NCBI GenBank assembly: GCA_963823655.1
Contig: CAWGMK010000007.1
Span: 160,001 to 224,000, forward strand
Source: an uncultured Bacillota bacterium
Lineage (GTDB): Bacteria > Bacillota > DTU025 > MWDF01
Direction: 5' to 3'
DNA: 64,000 nucleotides
Position numbers and translations under genes: made by a program. The notes beneath the pieces were generated by a model, which worked only from the letters and a program-made list of their open reading frames with translations, did not search any database and had not been told where the DNA came from. Below are positions 10,799 through 20,755 of this stretch, piece by piece (position 1 is the stretch's first letter; every line of letters starts with the position of its first letter).

Positions 10799-11917
10799 CT
10801 ATTTTACTTCCAACACCTTCACTATTTCGTAATCCATGCTTCCCAAGCCAAGCTCAGCGGCGTGTGAAAGCTGTACTCTCCAGTCCGAATTGGGTGAGAG
10901 GAACTTGAACTTATCCTCCCCCGAGCACATATGATGGGTGCTGCTACCGGGCTCTCCCGCCACGGACATGACCATGTCCGCCGCCGCCTTGTCTATCGCA
11001 ACTGGATCCAAAGACGCCATGATGCCAAGATCTGGCACTATGGGCACATCGTTGTTGCCGAAGCAGTCGCATTGCGGGCTGACGTTTAGTATTACATTGA
11101 AGAAGACGGCCTTCCCGGCTTTGCCTGAAAGCGCTCCCAGCGTGTACTCGGCCATCTTCCGCTGCAGCGCGGTGGTGCTGTCATCCCAGCTGAACTTTAT
11201 TGTCCTTACGGGGCACATTGCAAGGCAGTCGCCGCATCCGATGCATTTCTCTGTATCGATGAAAGCCTTGTGCCCGTCAGTAAAGAAGATCGCATCCACC
11301 GGGCAATGCTGCGCGCACTTGGTACAGCCGGTGCACCCGTCCTGCTTAACCACAGGCCTTACATCAGAGTGCTGTATCAGCTTGCCGGCCCTGGATGCGC
11401 AGCCCATGCCCAAGTTCTTGATTGTGCCGCCTATGCCGGCAGATGAGTGCGCCTTGAAGTGGGCTACCGAAATGAGCGCAGTCGAATTGTATATCGCAGA
11501 GGCGATCTTCGCCTCTTTAAGATCGTGCCCTTTGATCGGGACGCTGACGTAGTCCGTACCTGTAAGGCCGTCCGCCACTATGAAAGGCGCGCCGACGGTC
11601 TCAAGCGTGAAGCCGTTGAGGCTAGCGTTTAAGTGATGTTTCACGGCGTCGTTTCGCTGCCCGCCGTAAAGCGTGTTCGAGTCAGTTATGAAGGCGGCAG
11701 ACCCTGTCGATTTCGTCTTGTCGACTATCCTTCTTATAAGCTGCGGGGCGACGAAGCTCAGGTTGCCGTACTCTCCCACATGCAGCTTTATCGCCGTAAA
11801 ATCGCCCTTTCCCATAATACTCTTCAGCCCTACTGCGTCGCACAGCCCGTCCATTTTGTTAAGAAGGCTTGTGCCAGGCTTGGTCCTGGCATTTGAGAAA
11901 TATACTTTGCTGGCCAT
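10799..11917 (-). CDS. DUF362 domain Fe-S protein with a 2x[4Fe-4S] ferredoxin insert
   Basis: KLHVGE, TDSNTLY, HFKAH, KNLGMGC; CTGCTKC..HCP and CIGCGDC..CP; CDC. Confidence 0.9.
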   Translation of the reverse strand: MASKVYFSNARTKPGTSLLNKMDGLCDAVGLKSIMGKGDFTAIKLHVGEYGNLSFVAPQLIRRIVDKTKSTGSAAFITDSNTLYGGQRNDAVKHHLNASLNGFTLETVGAPFIVADGLTGTDYVSVPIKGHDLKEAKIASAIYNSTALISVAHFKAHSSAGIGGTIKNLGMGCASRAGKLIQHSDVRPVVKQDGCTGCTKCAQHCPVDAIFFTDGHKAFIDTEKCIGCGDCLAMCPVRTIKFSWDDSTTALQRKMAEYTLGALSGKAGKAVFFNVILNVSPQCDCFGNNDVPIVPDLGIMASLDPVAIDKAAADMVMSVAGEPGSSTHHMCSGEDKFKFLSPNSDWRVQLSHAAELGLGSMDYEIVKVLEVK

Positions 11918-12069
11918 AAAGTACCCCCGATTTAAAATTTCTTGTCCATAAAGAGGTTATACGCAGATTATATCAAATATATCTCTTGTTAGCGGATGCG
12001 CGGTACCCGCATGGGGCGGGCCGCCCAAAGGACGAAAATGCGCCTCTAGTAAGGCGCGAGGAGGGGACA

Positions 12070-12513
12070 ATGAGAAAGAGGACAGCTTTGGTATGCCTTA
12101 TCGCAGCTGCGCTGCTGGCAATGGCAATACCTGCTCAGGCCAAGCTTCCCGGGCAGTTTTCCATAAACGCCAACGGGGGATACATGTTCACTTACGGAGA
12201 GCTTGAGCTTGAATACAAAGAGGGCGTCGGAGCCATCGGTATTAATGTCGGCTCGAACGGACTAATTCTGGAAGTTGGCGTGCCGATAAAGTACTTCGTC
12301 CCGCTTAAGGCAGGGTTCAGCTTCTATGCTTCTGTGAATCCCGCAGCTCTCATAACTTTCGTCGGGCCGACAGTAGAATTCGGAATTAAGGCAGGGCCCG
12401 GCGTGGAGTACAGATCGGGCTTTTTCAGAGCCGCAGTCGAGCTCGGCTACAGGTATTCGGTAAGCACAAGCCATGGATTCTACGCCAAGGGCGGCGTGGG
12501 CGTCTGCTTCTAG
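12070..12513 (+). CDS. Putative small outer-membrane beta-barrel protein, paralog 1
   Basis: GAGG RBS before ATG 12070; signal peptide; alternating aromatic/Gly beta-strands; GELELEYK; ends FYAKGGVGVCF. Confidence 0.7.
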   Translation: MRKRTALVCLIAAALLAMAIPAQAKLPGQFSINANGGYMFTYGELELEYKEGVGAIGINVGSNGLILEVGVPIKYFVPLKAGFSFYASVNPAALITFVGPTVEFGIKAGPGVEYRSGFFRAAVELGYRYSVSTSHGFYAKGGVGVCF

Positions 12514-12577
12514 AAGGAGATCGGGCCGAGATATTTGAGTAATGTTCGTAACATTCTAATATCAGGGAGGTATCACG

Positions 12578-13045
12578 ATGAAGAGGATCGTCCTAATCAC
12601 ATCGCTTGCAGTGCTGTTCATGTTCGCAATCGCATCTTCGTCAATCGCAGCGAACCAGTTTACAATCGGCGTTAACGGCGGCTGGAGCTATACCTGGGGA
12701 GAGCTGGAGCTCGAGTACAAGATGGACAATATCGCATTCGGTGCTCAAGCGGGCGTAGGCTGGAACGTCATTGAGTTGGGCGCTTTCGGAAGGTATTATT
12801 TCCCGCTGAACTCCTATATCAACCTTGCTCCCGAGTACGAACTCTCATTGTTTGCGGGGATTTCGCCGTCGCTTCTAATAGGTTTCAACACTTTCGATCT
12901 GGGCTTCGGTTTCAAAGTAGGCCCCGGCATCGACTTCAGGTGGCAGCATCTGAGGGTCATGTTCGAGCTGGGATATGGATTTGAGACCTTGTGGGATTTC
13001 GACCATCACTTCTATACCAAGGCGGGAATTGGCTATAGGTTCTAG
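12578..13045 (+). CDS. Putative small outer-membrane beta-barrel protein, paralog 2
   Basis: Signal peptide; GELELEYK; KVGPGIDFRW; ends FYTKAGIGYRF. Confidence 0.75.
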   Translation: MKRIVLITSLAVLFMFAIASSSIAANQFTIGVNGGWSYTWGELELEYKMDNIAFGAQAGVGWNVIELGAFGRYYFPLNSYINLAPEYELSLFAGISPSLLIGFNTFDLGFGFKVGPGIDFRWQHLRVMFELGYGFETLWDFDHHFYTKAGIGYRF

Positions 13046-13139
13046 GCGTGATTAGTCGGGGGCGCGGCGGCGGATGAAGCTTGCCGCGCCCCTCACTGTC
13101 TATGTCCGGTTCAAAGGTCAGGCATAAGGAGGCAATCCT

Positions 13140-13580
13140 ATGAAGAAGAGCATATTGGTGATGTTGTTTGTAACTCTTACAGTTTTGGCCATCGCGGGGA
13201 ACGCGTCCGCTGCAGTACCCGGAGAATTCACTTTGAGCCTGAACGGCGGGTATCCGATAACTCTTGGGGAGCTGGAGCTTGAGTATAAGAACGGGCCCTG
13301 GGCCGGAGGAATACATACGACATTCGTGGGACCGGGCATCGAGATGGGCATGTTCGGAAGGTATTATGTCCCGTTAGGGGCGGGCTTCAACTTCTATGCG
13401 GCAGTCAACCCTTCGATGATCGTCATGTTCACGCCCGAAGTAAGAGGCCTGATTAAAGTTGGCCCTGGCTTTGATTTCCGCTGGAAGCACCTGAGAGTGG
13501 GGATAGAAGGCGGCTTGCTTTATTTCTTCGGTGGCAAGTTGTTTTTCTATACGAAATTGGGGCTTGGCGTAATATTTTAG
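13140..13580 (+). CDS. Putative small outer-membrane beta-barrel protein, paralog 3
   Basis: Signal peptide; GELELEYK; KVGPGFDFRW; ends FYTKLGLGVIF. Confidence 0.72.
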   Translation: MKKSILVMLFVTLTVLAIAGNASAAVPGEFTLSLNGGYPITLGELELEYKNGPWAGGIHTTFVGPGIEMGMFGRYYVPLGAGFNFYAAVNPSMIVMFTPEVRGLIKVGPGFDFRWKHLRVGIEGGLLYFFGGKLFFYTKLGLGVIF

Positions 13581-13636
13581 TTAGGCCGGGCGGATGCCCG
13601 AATCAATTCTAAGAATGTTAACATCTAGAGAAGACT

Positions 13637-13667
13637 TGAGGATGCAGCCATACGGACTGCATCCTCA
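13637..13667. terminator. Hairpin between the barrel genes and the convergent tRNA-Leu
   Basis: TGAGGATGCAG-9 nt-CTGCATCCTCA, a perfect 11-bp stem. Confidence 0.6.
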
Positions 13668-13673
13668 CTAATT

Positions 13674-13758
13674 TGGTGCAGGTGGTGGGATTCGAACCCA
13701 CATGTCCAAGGGACAAAGGTTTTTAAGACCCTCGTGTATGCCGTTCCACCACACCTGC
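13674..13758 (-). tRNA. tRNA-Leu(TAA)
   Basis: Reverse complement GCAGGTG...anticodon loop CT-TAA-AA, long variable arm, GTTCGAATC, CACCTGC-A-CCA; 85 nt. Confidence 0.95.
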
Positions 13759-13938
13759 TCAAAACAATGATAGCATCAGATGAAGCCTGCAAGGCTCATG
13801 CGATAATGTGATTATACAATAAAGGCGAGCCACAGGGCACGCACATCCGTAAGCTCTGTTAGAATGACTGCGGACCATATTGCGGCCGCAGGCGCTTGGA
13901 TGTTATCGTTCATGTATATTTATTACGGAGGGATACCA

Positions 13939-15255
13939 ATGCACGGAAGAAACAACATCAGTGTCGGGAAGAACGGCAACTTGTACCTAGGCAAAGTCGA
14001 CCTTGCTACGCTCGCCGAAAAGTACGGCACACCGCTATATGTGATGGATGAGGATTATATGCGCGACAAATGTGCGCAATATCTAAACGCCTTCAAATCA
14101 AGGTATGAGGACGTCGAGGTGCTTTTCGCCTCCAAGGCGTTCCTGATGAAGGCCATGGCTGCATTGATAAAGCAGGAGGGCCTGTCAATAGACGTCGTAT
14201 CGGGAAGCGAGCTAGCATGCGCCCTATCAGCCGGTATGAGCGCGGATCGGATCCACTTCCACGGAAACAACAAGAGCCCTGATGAGATAAAAGCAGGACT
14301 TGTTGCCGGAATCGGCCGCTTCATAGTGGATAACTTCGACGAGCTGGAGCTTCTGGACCGTACTGCCGCCGGCATGGGCAAAACCGCTTCCATCATGTTG
14401 AGGATAGCCCCTGGCGTCGAAGCCCACACGCACAAATACATTCAAACGGGGCAGACCGACTCCAAGTTCGGGCTGGGAATCGCTGATGGAAGGGCTGACA
14501 GGGCCGTAGACATGGCGCTCTCCATGAAGAATGTGAAGCTCGAGGGCTTCCATTGCCACATCGGCTCACAGATATTCGACATAGAGGCATATAAGCTTGC
14601 GGCTGAGAAGATGATCGCCTTCGCCGCGAAGACGGCCAAGCGCACCGGCTTCGTGTACAAGGAGCTCAACCTTGGCGGAGGGCTGGGCGTGCGCTATACG
14701 GAGAAAGATGAACCAAGCAACGTTGATAGCCTCGCGGAGGCAATTTGTTCGACAGTTAAGAAGGAATCGAAGAAGCATGGCTTACCTCTGCCGAAGCTCA
14801 TGGTGGAGCCCGGAAGGTCCATAGTCGGGGAGGCCGGCATCACACTTTACACGATAGGGGCGATCAAGGACATACCCGGCATTAGAACGTACGCGTCGGT
14901 GGACGGCGGCATGACCGATAACCCCAGGGTTGCGCTCTATCAGGCGGAATATGATGCAATCGTCGTGAACAAGGCGGGCAAGAAGCCCGAGAAGCTATAT
15001 TCGATAGCCGGCAACGCATGCGAATCCGGCGATATGCTGATATGGGACATTTCGCTGCCCCAGCTGCAATCGGGAGACACCTTGGCGGTGCTGACCACAG
15101 GTGCCTACAACTACATAATGTCATCGCACTACAATATGCACCCCAAGCCTCCCGTAGTGTTCGTAAAGGGCAAAAAAGCTCAGCTTGTGGCAAGGCGCGA
15201 GACCTACATGGATATAATGAAGCCGCAGCTTTTGCCGAAGAGATTCAGGAAATAG
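13939..15255 (+). CDS. lysA: Diaminopimelate decarboxylase
   Basis: YGTPLYV, FASKAF (PLP lysine), HGNNKS, HCHIGSQ, EPGRSIVG, CESGD; GGAGG RBS before ATG 13939. Confidence 0.95.
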   Translation: MHGRNNISVGKNGNLYLGKVDLATLAEKYGTPLYVMDEDYMRDKCAQYLNAFKSRYEDVEVLFASKAFLMKAMAALIKQEGLSIDVVSGSELACALSAGMSADRIHFHGNNKSPDEIKAGLVAGIGRFIVDNFDELELLDRTAAGMGKTASIMLRIAPGVEAHTHKYIQTGQTDSKFGLGIADGRADRAVDMALSMKNVKLEGFHCHIGSQIFDIEAYKLAAEKMIAFAAKTAKRTGFVYKELNLGGGLGVRYTEKDEPSNVDSLAEAICSTVKKESKKHGLPLPKLMVEPGRSIVGEAGITLYTIGAIKDIPGIRTYASVDGGMTDNPRVALYQAEYDAIVVNKAGKKPEKLYSIAGNACESGDMLIWDISLPQLQSGDTLAVLTTGAYNYIMSSHYNMHPKPPVVFVKGKKAQLVARRETYMDIMKPQLLPKRFRK

Positions 15256-15338
15256 GATAGCCCGATAGAAATGCGAAGCCCGGCGCCGCTGATTTGGCGG
15301 AAGCGCCGGGCTTTTGAATTCTTGGCCGAGTCAGAAAA

Positions 15339-15791
15339 CTACTTGAGCTCTGAAGTGCAATTCGGGCAACGCTTGGCCCTGATGTCCACCTGCGTGAAGC
15401 AGTGCGGGCATTCTTTTGTGGTGGGTGCGGCCGCGACTTCTGCCGCCTTCTTCTTGTCTGCGCTCTCCCTGGCCTTGTTGATCGCACGAATTATGAGGAA
15501 AACGACGAAAGCGATTATCAGAAAGTCGATTATCGTGCCGATGAAGCTTCCGTAATTAACAGTGGCGGCGCCTGCTGCCTGGGCTTCCGCAAGTGTCGCA
15601 TACTTGTTGCCGTCGAGCGATATGAACAGGTTCTTAAAGTCCACCTTGCCCAATAGCATTCCCACTAGCGGCATGAGGACCTCGTTTACGAACGAAGCCA
15701 CAATCTTGCCGAACGCCCCGCCGATGATTATACCGACGGCTAGGTCAATAACATTGCCCCTCATTACGAATTTCTTGAATTCTGCAAACAT
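15339..15791 (-). CDS. mscL: Large-conductance mechanosensitive channel with a C-terminal zinc-ribbon
   Basis: EFKKFVMRGNVIDLAVGIIIGGAF; YGSFI..IIDFLII; CPHC...CPNC tail. Confidence 0.95.
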   Translation of the reverse strand: MFAEFKKFVMRGNVIDLAVGIIIGGAFGKIVASFVNEVLMPLVGMLLGKVDFKNLFISLDGNKYATLAEAQAAGAATVNYGSFIGTIIDFLIIAFVVFLIIRAINKARESADKKKAAEVAAAPTTKECPHCFTQVDIRAKRCPNCTSELK

Positions 15792-15947
15792 GGACGCACC
15801 TCCTTATTGTACTTGCCTAACAAACTATACATTCGACATTGTATATGCACATCCTTCCGCTTTCAAGCATTTGGAAAAGAACTGCGGGAAATGAAATGCG
15901 TTGTTGTGTGATAAGCAGATAAGATGTTGTTAAACAAACAGGATATA

Positions 15948-15976
15948 TTGACAAATGACTTTAAGAAACTTAAAAT
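15948..15976 (+). promoter_or_regulatory. sigmaA-type promoter of hsp20
   Basis: TTGACA-17 bp-TAAAAT. Confidence 0.7.
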
Positions 15977-16019
15977 GAAAGTGCAAATAAAACTTCTCAA
16001 TAATAGGGGGGTAAGGATA

Positions 16020-16463
16020 ATGAACATTGTAAGGTGGAACCCGTACAGGGAAGTAAACGACATGATAAGGAATATGAGCAGAATCATGGAGGACGATACC
16101 TCAAGAGGCTATAACCGCGAGAAGGGCTGTTGGTCGCCCGCAGTAGACATCGAAGAGGACGACAAGCAGGTAGTGCTCAGGGCCGAGATGCCCGGCTTCG
16201 CACCTGAGGAGATCGATATCAACCTCAAGGAGAGCATGCTGGAAATCAAGGCGGAGACCAAGCTCGAGGAGGAGAGGCCCGAGAGGAACTACATCAGGCG
16301 CGAGCGCAGGTGCGGCTCTTTCTACAGGGCGTTCGAGCTAGCCGAGGGGCTTGATACGGTGAATTCCAAAGCCTCCTACAAGAATGGCGTGTTGGAGCTG
16401 GCCATACCCAAGAAGGCGAAGGAAGAGGCCCCACAGTTCAAAATCAAGGTAAGCGCCGAATAA
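16020..16463 (+). CDS. Small heat-shock protein (Hsp20/alpha-crystallin)
   Basis: WSPAVDI, AEMPG, RRERRCGSFYRAF, ASYKNGVLELAIPK; GGGGG RBS before ATG 16020. Confidence 0.92.
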   Translation: MNIVRWNPYREVNDMIRNMSRIMEDDTSRGYNREKGCWSPAVDIEEDDKQVVLRAEMPGFAPEEIDINLKESMLEIKAETKLEEERPERNYIRRERRCGSFYRAFELAEGLDTVNSKASYKNGVLELAIPKKAKEEAPQFKIKVSAE

Positions 16464-16676
16464 GATAGTTGTATGAGGCATAGATAAAGAGGTCATCAAG
16501 AAACAATTTATCCGTTGGGGCTGCGCTTAAAAAGGCGCGGCCCCATTTTCTTCGTACATCTAATGGAGAAGAACCCTGCTGAGTAAAGGGATAGAAAACA
16601 ATGCTGCCTCTTCCTTTGACTAGGACCTGCTTTACCATCATAATTAAAAGGCATTGAGAATCTCGGAGGTAGAGCT

Positions 16677-17732
16677 ATGAAAGTCGGTATCATAGGAAAG
16701 GCATCATCGGGCAAGACTACTCTGTTCAGGCTTCTGACGGGTAAGGCCGATACCGGAAGGCAGGAGGCGGCCATAGGCATGGCCAGGGTGCCCGATGCCA
16801 GGATAGATGCGCTCTCTGCCATGTTCACCCCCAAGAAGACTACATACGCGCAGGTCGAGGTGCTGGATTTGGCGGGCGCGGGATCATCCGGCGCCGACAA
16901 GAAGGCGCTTATCAGGCTTGTGAACCATATGCGAACGATGGACGCCCTAATCAACGTGGTCAAGGCATTTGGAGAGGACGCGGCCAGCTCGGCTTATGCG
17001 GACGCTTTACATGCGACAGACGAACTAATACTCGCCGACATGGCTACTGCTGAAGTGCGCGTTGAAAGGCTTACTTCCCAGAAGAAGAGGACCCCGGAGG
17101 AAGATTCGGAACTAGAGCTGATGTCAAGACTCGGCCGGGAGCTGGGCGAGGGCAAGAGCCTAAGGCAGGTAGAGCTTAGCGCCGAGGACAAGGAACGCCT
17201 GATAGGCTACGGTCTTCTTTCGGTAAAGCCAATGATAATGTGCGTTAACCTCGGCGAGGAGGAACTCCTAGCTAAGTCTTATGAAGGCGCCCAAAAGGTT
17301 AAGGAGCATTGCGCATCCTACGGCATACCCCTGGTAGAGCTGTGCGCCGGCGTCGAAGCCGAGATGGCCGAGCTGGACGACGATGACAAGGTACAGCTCA
17401 TGGCGGGGTATGGGATCGAGGAAAGTGGAATAGGTAAGATCTCCGTTGCAGTGTACGAGGGCCTGGGGCTGATATCGTTCTTTACAGTCGGAGAAGACGA
17501 AGTGAGGGCATGGCCGATACCGAGGGGAATTAACGCCAAAGGTGCCGCCGGTAAGATTTATTCGGATATAGAAAAGGGATTTATCAGGGCCGAGACGGTC
17601 GGCTATGAGGATTTCATGCGCCTTGGGGGTATCTCCGGAGCCCGGAATGTGGGGCTGTTCAGGCTTGAAGGCAAAGAATACATCGTCAAGGACGGAGACA
17701 TCATGAACTTCCGTTTCAGCCAGAGCAAATAG
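16677..17732 (+). CDS. ychF: YchF/Obg-like ATPase (divergent paralog)
   Basis: VPDARIDAL, DLAG, FFTVGEDEVRAW, SDIEKGFIRAE, RLEGKEYIVKDGD. Confidence 0.85.
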   Translation: MKVGIIGKASSGKTTLFRLLTGKADTGRQEAAIGMARVPDARIDALSAMFTPKKTTYAQVEVLDLAGAGSSGADKKALIRLVNHMRTMDALINVVKAFGEDAASSAYADALHATDELILADMATAEVRVERLTSQKKRTPEEDSELELMSRLGRELGEGKSLRQVELSAEDKERLIGYGLLSVKPMIMCVNLGEEELLAKSYEGAQKVKEHCASYGIPLVELCAGVEAEMAELDDDDKVQLMAGYGIEESGIGKISVAVYEGLGLISFFTVGEDEVRAWPIPRGINAKGAAGKIYSDIEKGFIRAETVGYEDFMRLGGISGARNVGLFRLEGKEYIVKDGDIMNFRFSQSK

Positions 17733-17812
17733 GAAAAGATGCATAGGAGTGCTAAAATATATATGTGGCGAGCGCTCAGCCTAACAGGGCGCAATCGAAC
17801 GGAGGTCATAGG

Positions 17813-18037
17813 ATGTTTGAAAAGGTAAATGAAATCCTTGAGCAGATAAGGCCCAGCCTCAAGGCGGACGGCGGAGACGTCGAACTCGTAGAGGTGACGC
17901 CTGAGAACATAGTCAAAGTGAGGCTGCAGGGCGCATGCAAGGGATGCCCGATGTCGCAGATGACTTTGAAGATGGGCATCGAGAGGCTCCTTAAGAAACA
18001 CATTCCCGAAATAGTCTCGGTAGAGTCAGTACAGTAA
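17813..18037 (+). CDS. NifU/Nfu-type Fe-S carrier protein
   Basis: IRPSLKADGGDVEL, GACKGCP, TLKMGIE; GGAGG RBS. Confidence 0.92.
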   Translation: MFEKVNEILEQIRPSLKADGGDVELVEVTPENIVKVRLQGACKGCPMSQMTLKMGIERLLKKHIPEIVSVESVQ

Positions 18038-18258
18038 CGTATATGGCCGGCGCGTAAAGCGCCGGCCATGTTCTGTATATGTGCAAAGATTGTGAAACTA
18101 AAGCACGCATTCGCAAGCTCCAATGATAAGAATGTTGCATGGCTTGTACTAATGATCAGTTGAGTAAAAATCGATGAACATAGAGTAAGTTGTGTCCAAT
18201 AGCCGCATAGCAACTAGTCTCAAAGCGATGATGGGGGGTATCTCCTGTGGAGGGGACT

Positions 18259-19284
18259 ATGAGGGCCGTGGCTAAGCTGAAGCCCGGCCAAGGTTGTTCA
18301 CTTATCGACGCGCCCATTCCGGGCATTAAAAGAGGCGAAGTCCTCGTCAAGGTCAAAGCAGCCGCTATCTGCGGCACAGACGTCCATATTTATGAATGGG
18401 ACGAATGGTCCCAGAAAAGGATAAAAACCCCACTTATCTTCGGCCATGAGTTCTGCGGAGACGTGGTCGAGATTGGAGAGGGTGTAACCTCTTTGAAGAA
18501 AGGGCAGTTCGTTTCCATTGAAACGCATATAAATTGCGGGCACTGCTTCTATTGCAGGCAGGGGATGGGCCATATCTGCGAGACCATGCAGATCATCGGT
18601 GTTGACCGAGACGGTTGCTTCGCCGAATATGTCGCCGTACCTGAGTCGGCATGCTGGACATGGGATATCCCAATTTCGGCCGAGATTGCGGCAGTTCAAG
18701 ACCCTTACGGAAATGCCGTGCATACTGCACTTGCACAGGACTTGGTTGGAGCCGACGTTTTCATAACGGGCATGGGACCGATAGGCCTTGCGGCAATTCC
18801 GGTGGCCAAGCTTTCTGGCGCAAAGACCGTTTTCGTGACCGATGTGTCGGAGTACAGGCTTGATCTGGCAAGGAAGCTCGGGGCGGATTTTGCAATTAAT
18901 CCTAAGGAAAAGGACCCGGTTGCGCTCGTCAGGCAGCTGACCGGGGGCAGAGGGGCGGACGTGCTTCTTGAGATGAGCGGCAATCCGGCAGCTATAAAGC
19001 AGGGGTTCGCGGCTTTGAGGAAGGCAGGCAAGGCGGCTCTTCTGGGCATACCTTCAAAACCGGTGGAATTCGACATGGCTAACGATATCATATTTAAGAG
19101 CATTGAAGTCAGGGGCATAAACGGCAGGCGCATCTGGGATACCTGGTATAAGGGGCAGGCGCTGCTAGCGAAGGGGCTCGACCTCAGCAAGTTGATTACG
19201 CATCGCATGCCGCTCGAGGACATCGAGAAGGGATTAGAGCTCATGAAGGCCGGCGAGTGCGGGAAGGTCATACTATATCCATAA
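18259..19284 (+). CDS. tdh: L-threonine 3-dehydrogenase
   Basis: ICGTDVHIYEWDEW, GHEFCG, structural Zn Cys cluster, adjacent to kbl. Confidence 0.93.
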   Translation: MRAVAKLKPGQGCSLIDAPIPGIKRGEVLVKVKAAAICGTDVHIYEWDEWSQKRIKTPLIFGHEFCGDVVEIGEGVTSLKKGQFVSIETHINCGHCFYCRQGMGHICETMQIIGVDRDGCFAEYVAVPESACWTWDIPISAEIAAVQDPYGNAVHTALAQDLVGADVFITGMGPIGLAAIPVAKLSGAKTVFVTDVSEYRLDLARKLGADFAINPKEKDPVALVRQLTGGRGADVLLEMSGNPAAIKQGFAALRKAGKAALLGIPSKPVEFDMANDIIFKSIEVRGINGRRIWDTWYKGQALLAKGLDLSKLITHRMPLEDIEKGLELMKAGECGKVILYP

Positions 19285-19316
19285 CCCGCGAGATCGCGGC
19301 TTCGGGAGGTTTTAAA

Positions 19317-20507
19317 ATGGAATACGCCCTCGGTTACTTAGAGGCGGAAATTGAGAAAATGAAGGAGCAGAAGCTCTTCAGATACCCAAGGGTGCTTACG
19401 GGCAGACAGATGGCCAAATGCGTCTTCGACGGCAAGGAGATCGTGAATCTGTCCTCAAACAACTACCTCGGCTTTGCCACCCATCCCAGGCTGATCGAAG
19501 CCGCCGAAAAGGCGGTCCGGGAACTGGGCGTTGGATCAGGCGCAGTCAGGACGATAGCGGGTACAATGGCAGGGCACACCGAGCTTGAAAGGAAAATTGC
19601 CGAGTTTAAGCACACAGAGGCGGCGCTGGTCTTTCAGTCGGGCTTCACAGCAAACGCAGGTACGGTGTCCGCTGTTCTTGGCAAGAACGACATAATCATC
19701 AGCGATGAGCTCAATCACGCGAGCATAATAGACGGATGCAGGCTGTCGAGGGCAGAGATCAAGGTGTTCAAGCATGGCGATATGTCGCAATTGAGGGAAC
19801 GGCTCGAGGAGAGCAAGGACGCGATGGCGGCGGGATCCCACGTGCTTGTCATTACGGACGGTGTATTCTCTATGGACGGTGATATCGGCAAACTTGATGA
19901 GATGTGCAAAATCGCTAAGGAGTACGGCGCCATAACGATGGTCGACGATGCGCATGCCAGCGGAGTTTTGGGCAAGAATGGGCGCGGAACTGTAGACCAC
20001 TACGGCATTCACGGCCATGTCGATATCCAGGTGGGCACTCTATCTAAGGCAATCGGCGTTGTGGGCGGATATGTGGCGGGGTCCAAAACGCTCATTGACT
20101 ATCTCATTATGAGGGCTAGGCCGATCCTGTTTTCTACGTCAGCGCCGCCGGCGGTTACGGCTGCATGCCTTGAGGCTTTCAAGGTACTTGAGGAAGAACC
20201 CTGGCACATCGAAAAACTATGGGAGAATTCCAGATTTTTCAAAGAGGGGCTCAAGAGGTTGGGCTTCAACACAGGAATCAGCCAGACTCCGATTACGCCT
20301 GTTATGGTTGGCGATGGCGCAAAAACCATGAGGCTTTCCGACAGGCTGTTTCAAGAGGGCGTATTCGTTGTTGGATTAGCTTTCCCGACGGTGCCGGTTG
20401 GCAAAGAAAGAGTAAGAACTATAGTGACTGCAGAGCATACCAAGGCGGATTTGGAGTTCGCGCTGGGCAAGTTCGAAGAAGTGGGCAAGGAGTTAGGTTT
20501 GATATAG
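19317..20507 (+). CDS. kbl: Glycine C-acetyltransferase (2-amino-3-ketobutyrate CoA ligase)
   Basis: SNNYLG, NHASIIDG, DGVFSMDGD, DDAH, GTLSKA; follows tdh. Confidence 0.92.
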   Translation: MEYALGYLEAEIEKMKEQKLFRYPRVLTGRQMAKCVFDGKEIVNLSSNNYLGFATHPRLIEAAEKAVRELGVGSGAVRTIAGTMAGHTELERKIAEFKHTEAALVFQSGFTANAGTVSAVLGKNDIIISDELNHASIIDGCRLSRAEIKVFKHGDMSQLRERLEESKDAMAAGSHVLVITDGVFSMDGDIGKLDEMCKIAKEYGAITMVDDAHASGVLGKNGRGTVDHYGIHGHVDIQVGTLSKAIGVVGGYVAGSKTLIDYLIMRARPILFSTSAPPAVTAACLEAFKVLEEEPWHIEKLWENSRFFKEGLKRLGFNTGISQTPITPVMVGDGAKTMRLSDRLFQEGVFVVGLAFPTVPVGKERVRTIVTAEHTKADLEFALGKFEEVGKELGLI

Positions 20508-20559
20508 AATATTTGTCATAGCTGAGATCAGACGTAACTATCGGGCATAGAGAATCGAT

Positions 20560-20588
20560 TTGACATATCTTTGGCAATTATGTAACAT
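20560..20588 (+). promoter_or_regulatory. Probable tRNA promoter
   Basis: TTGACA-17 bp-TAACAT, just upstream of tRNA-Met. Confidence 0.55.
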
Positions 20589-20602
20589 AATCTGTGCATT
20601 GT

Positions 20603-20678
20603 GGCGGCGTAGCTCAGTTGGCAGAGCATGCGGCTCATACCTGCAGTGTCACTGGTTCAAACCCAGTCGCCGCTACCA
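20603..20678 (+). tRNA. tRNA-Met(CAT), probably elongator
   Basis: GGCGGCG acceptor, TAGCTCAG D arm, CT-CAT-AC loop, GGTTCAAAC, CCA end; 76 nt. Confidence 0.92.
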
Positions 20679-20755
20679 AGACGTTTGCCCGGGAGACCGG
20701 TTGATATTGATAAATAAATAGAACAGATGGTATATTACAAAGGCAAGGTTTTCGT

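Noticed and set aside
13760-13938. Lysine riboswitch upstream of lysA
   Set aside because: No AGAGGNGC start or terminator architecture, and the space is shared with the divergent tRNA promoter.
15900-16020. CIRCE or CtsR operator before hsp20
   Set aside because: No TTAGCACTC-N9-GAGTGCTAA and no convincing GGTCAAA direct repeats.
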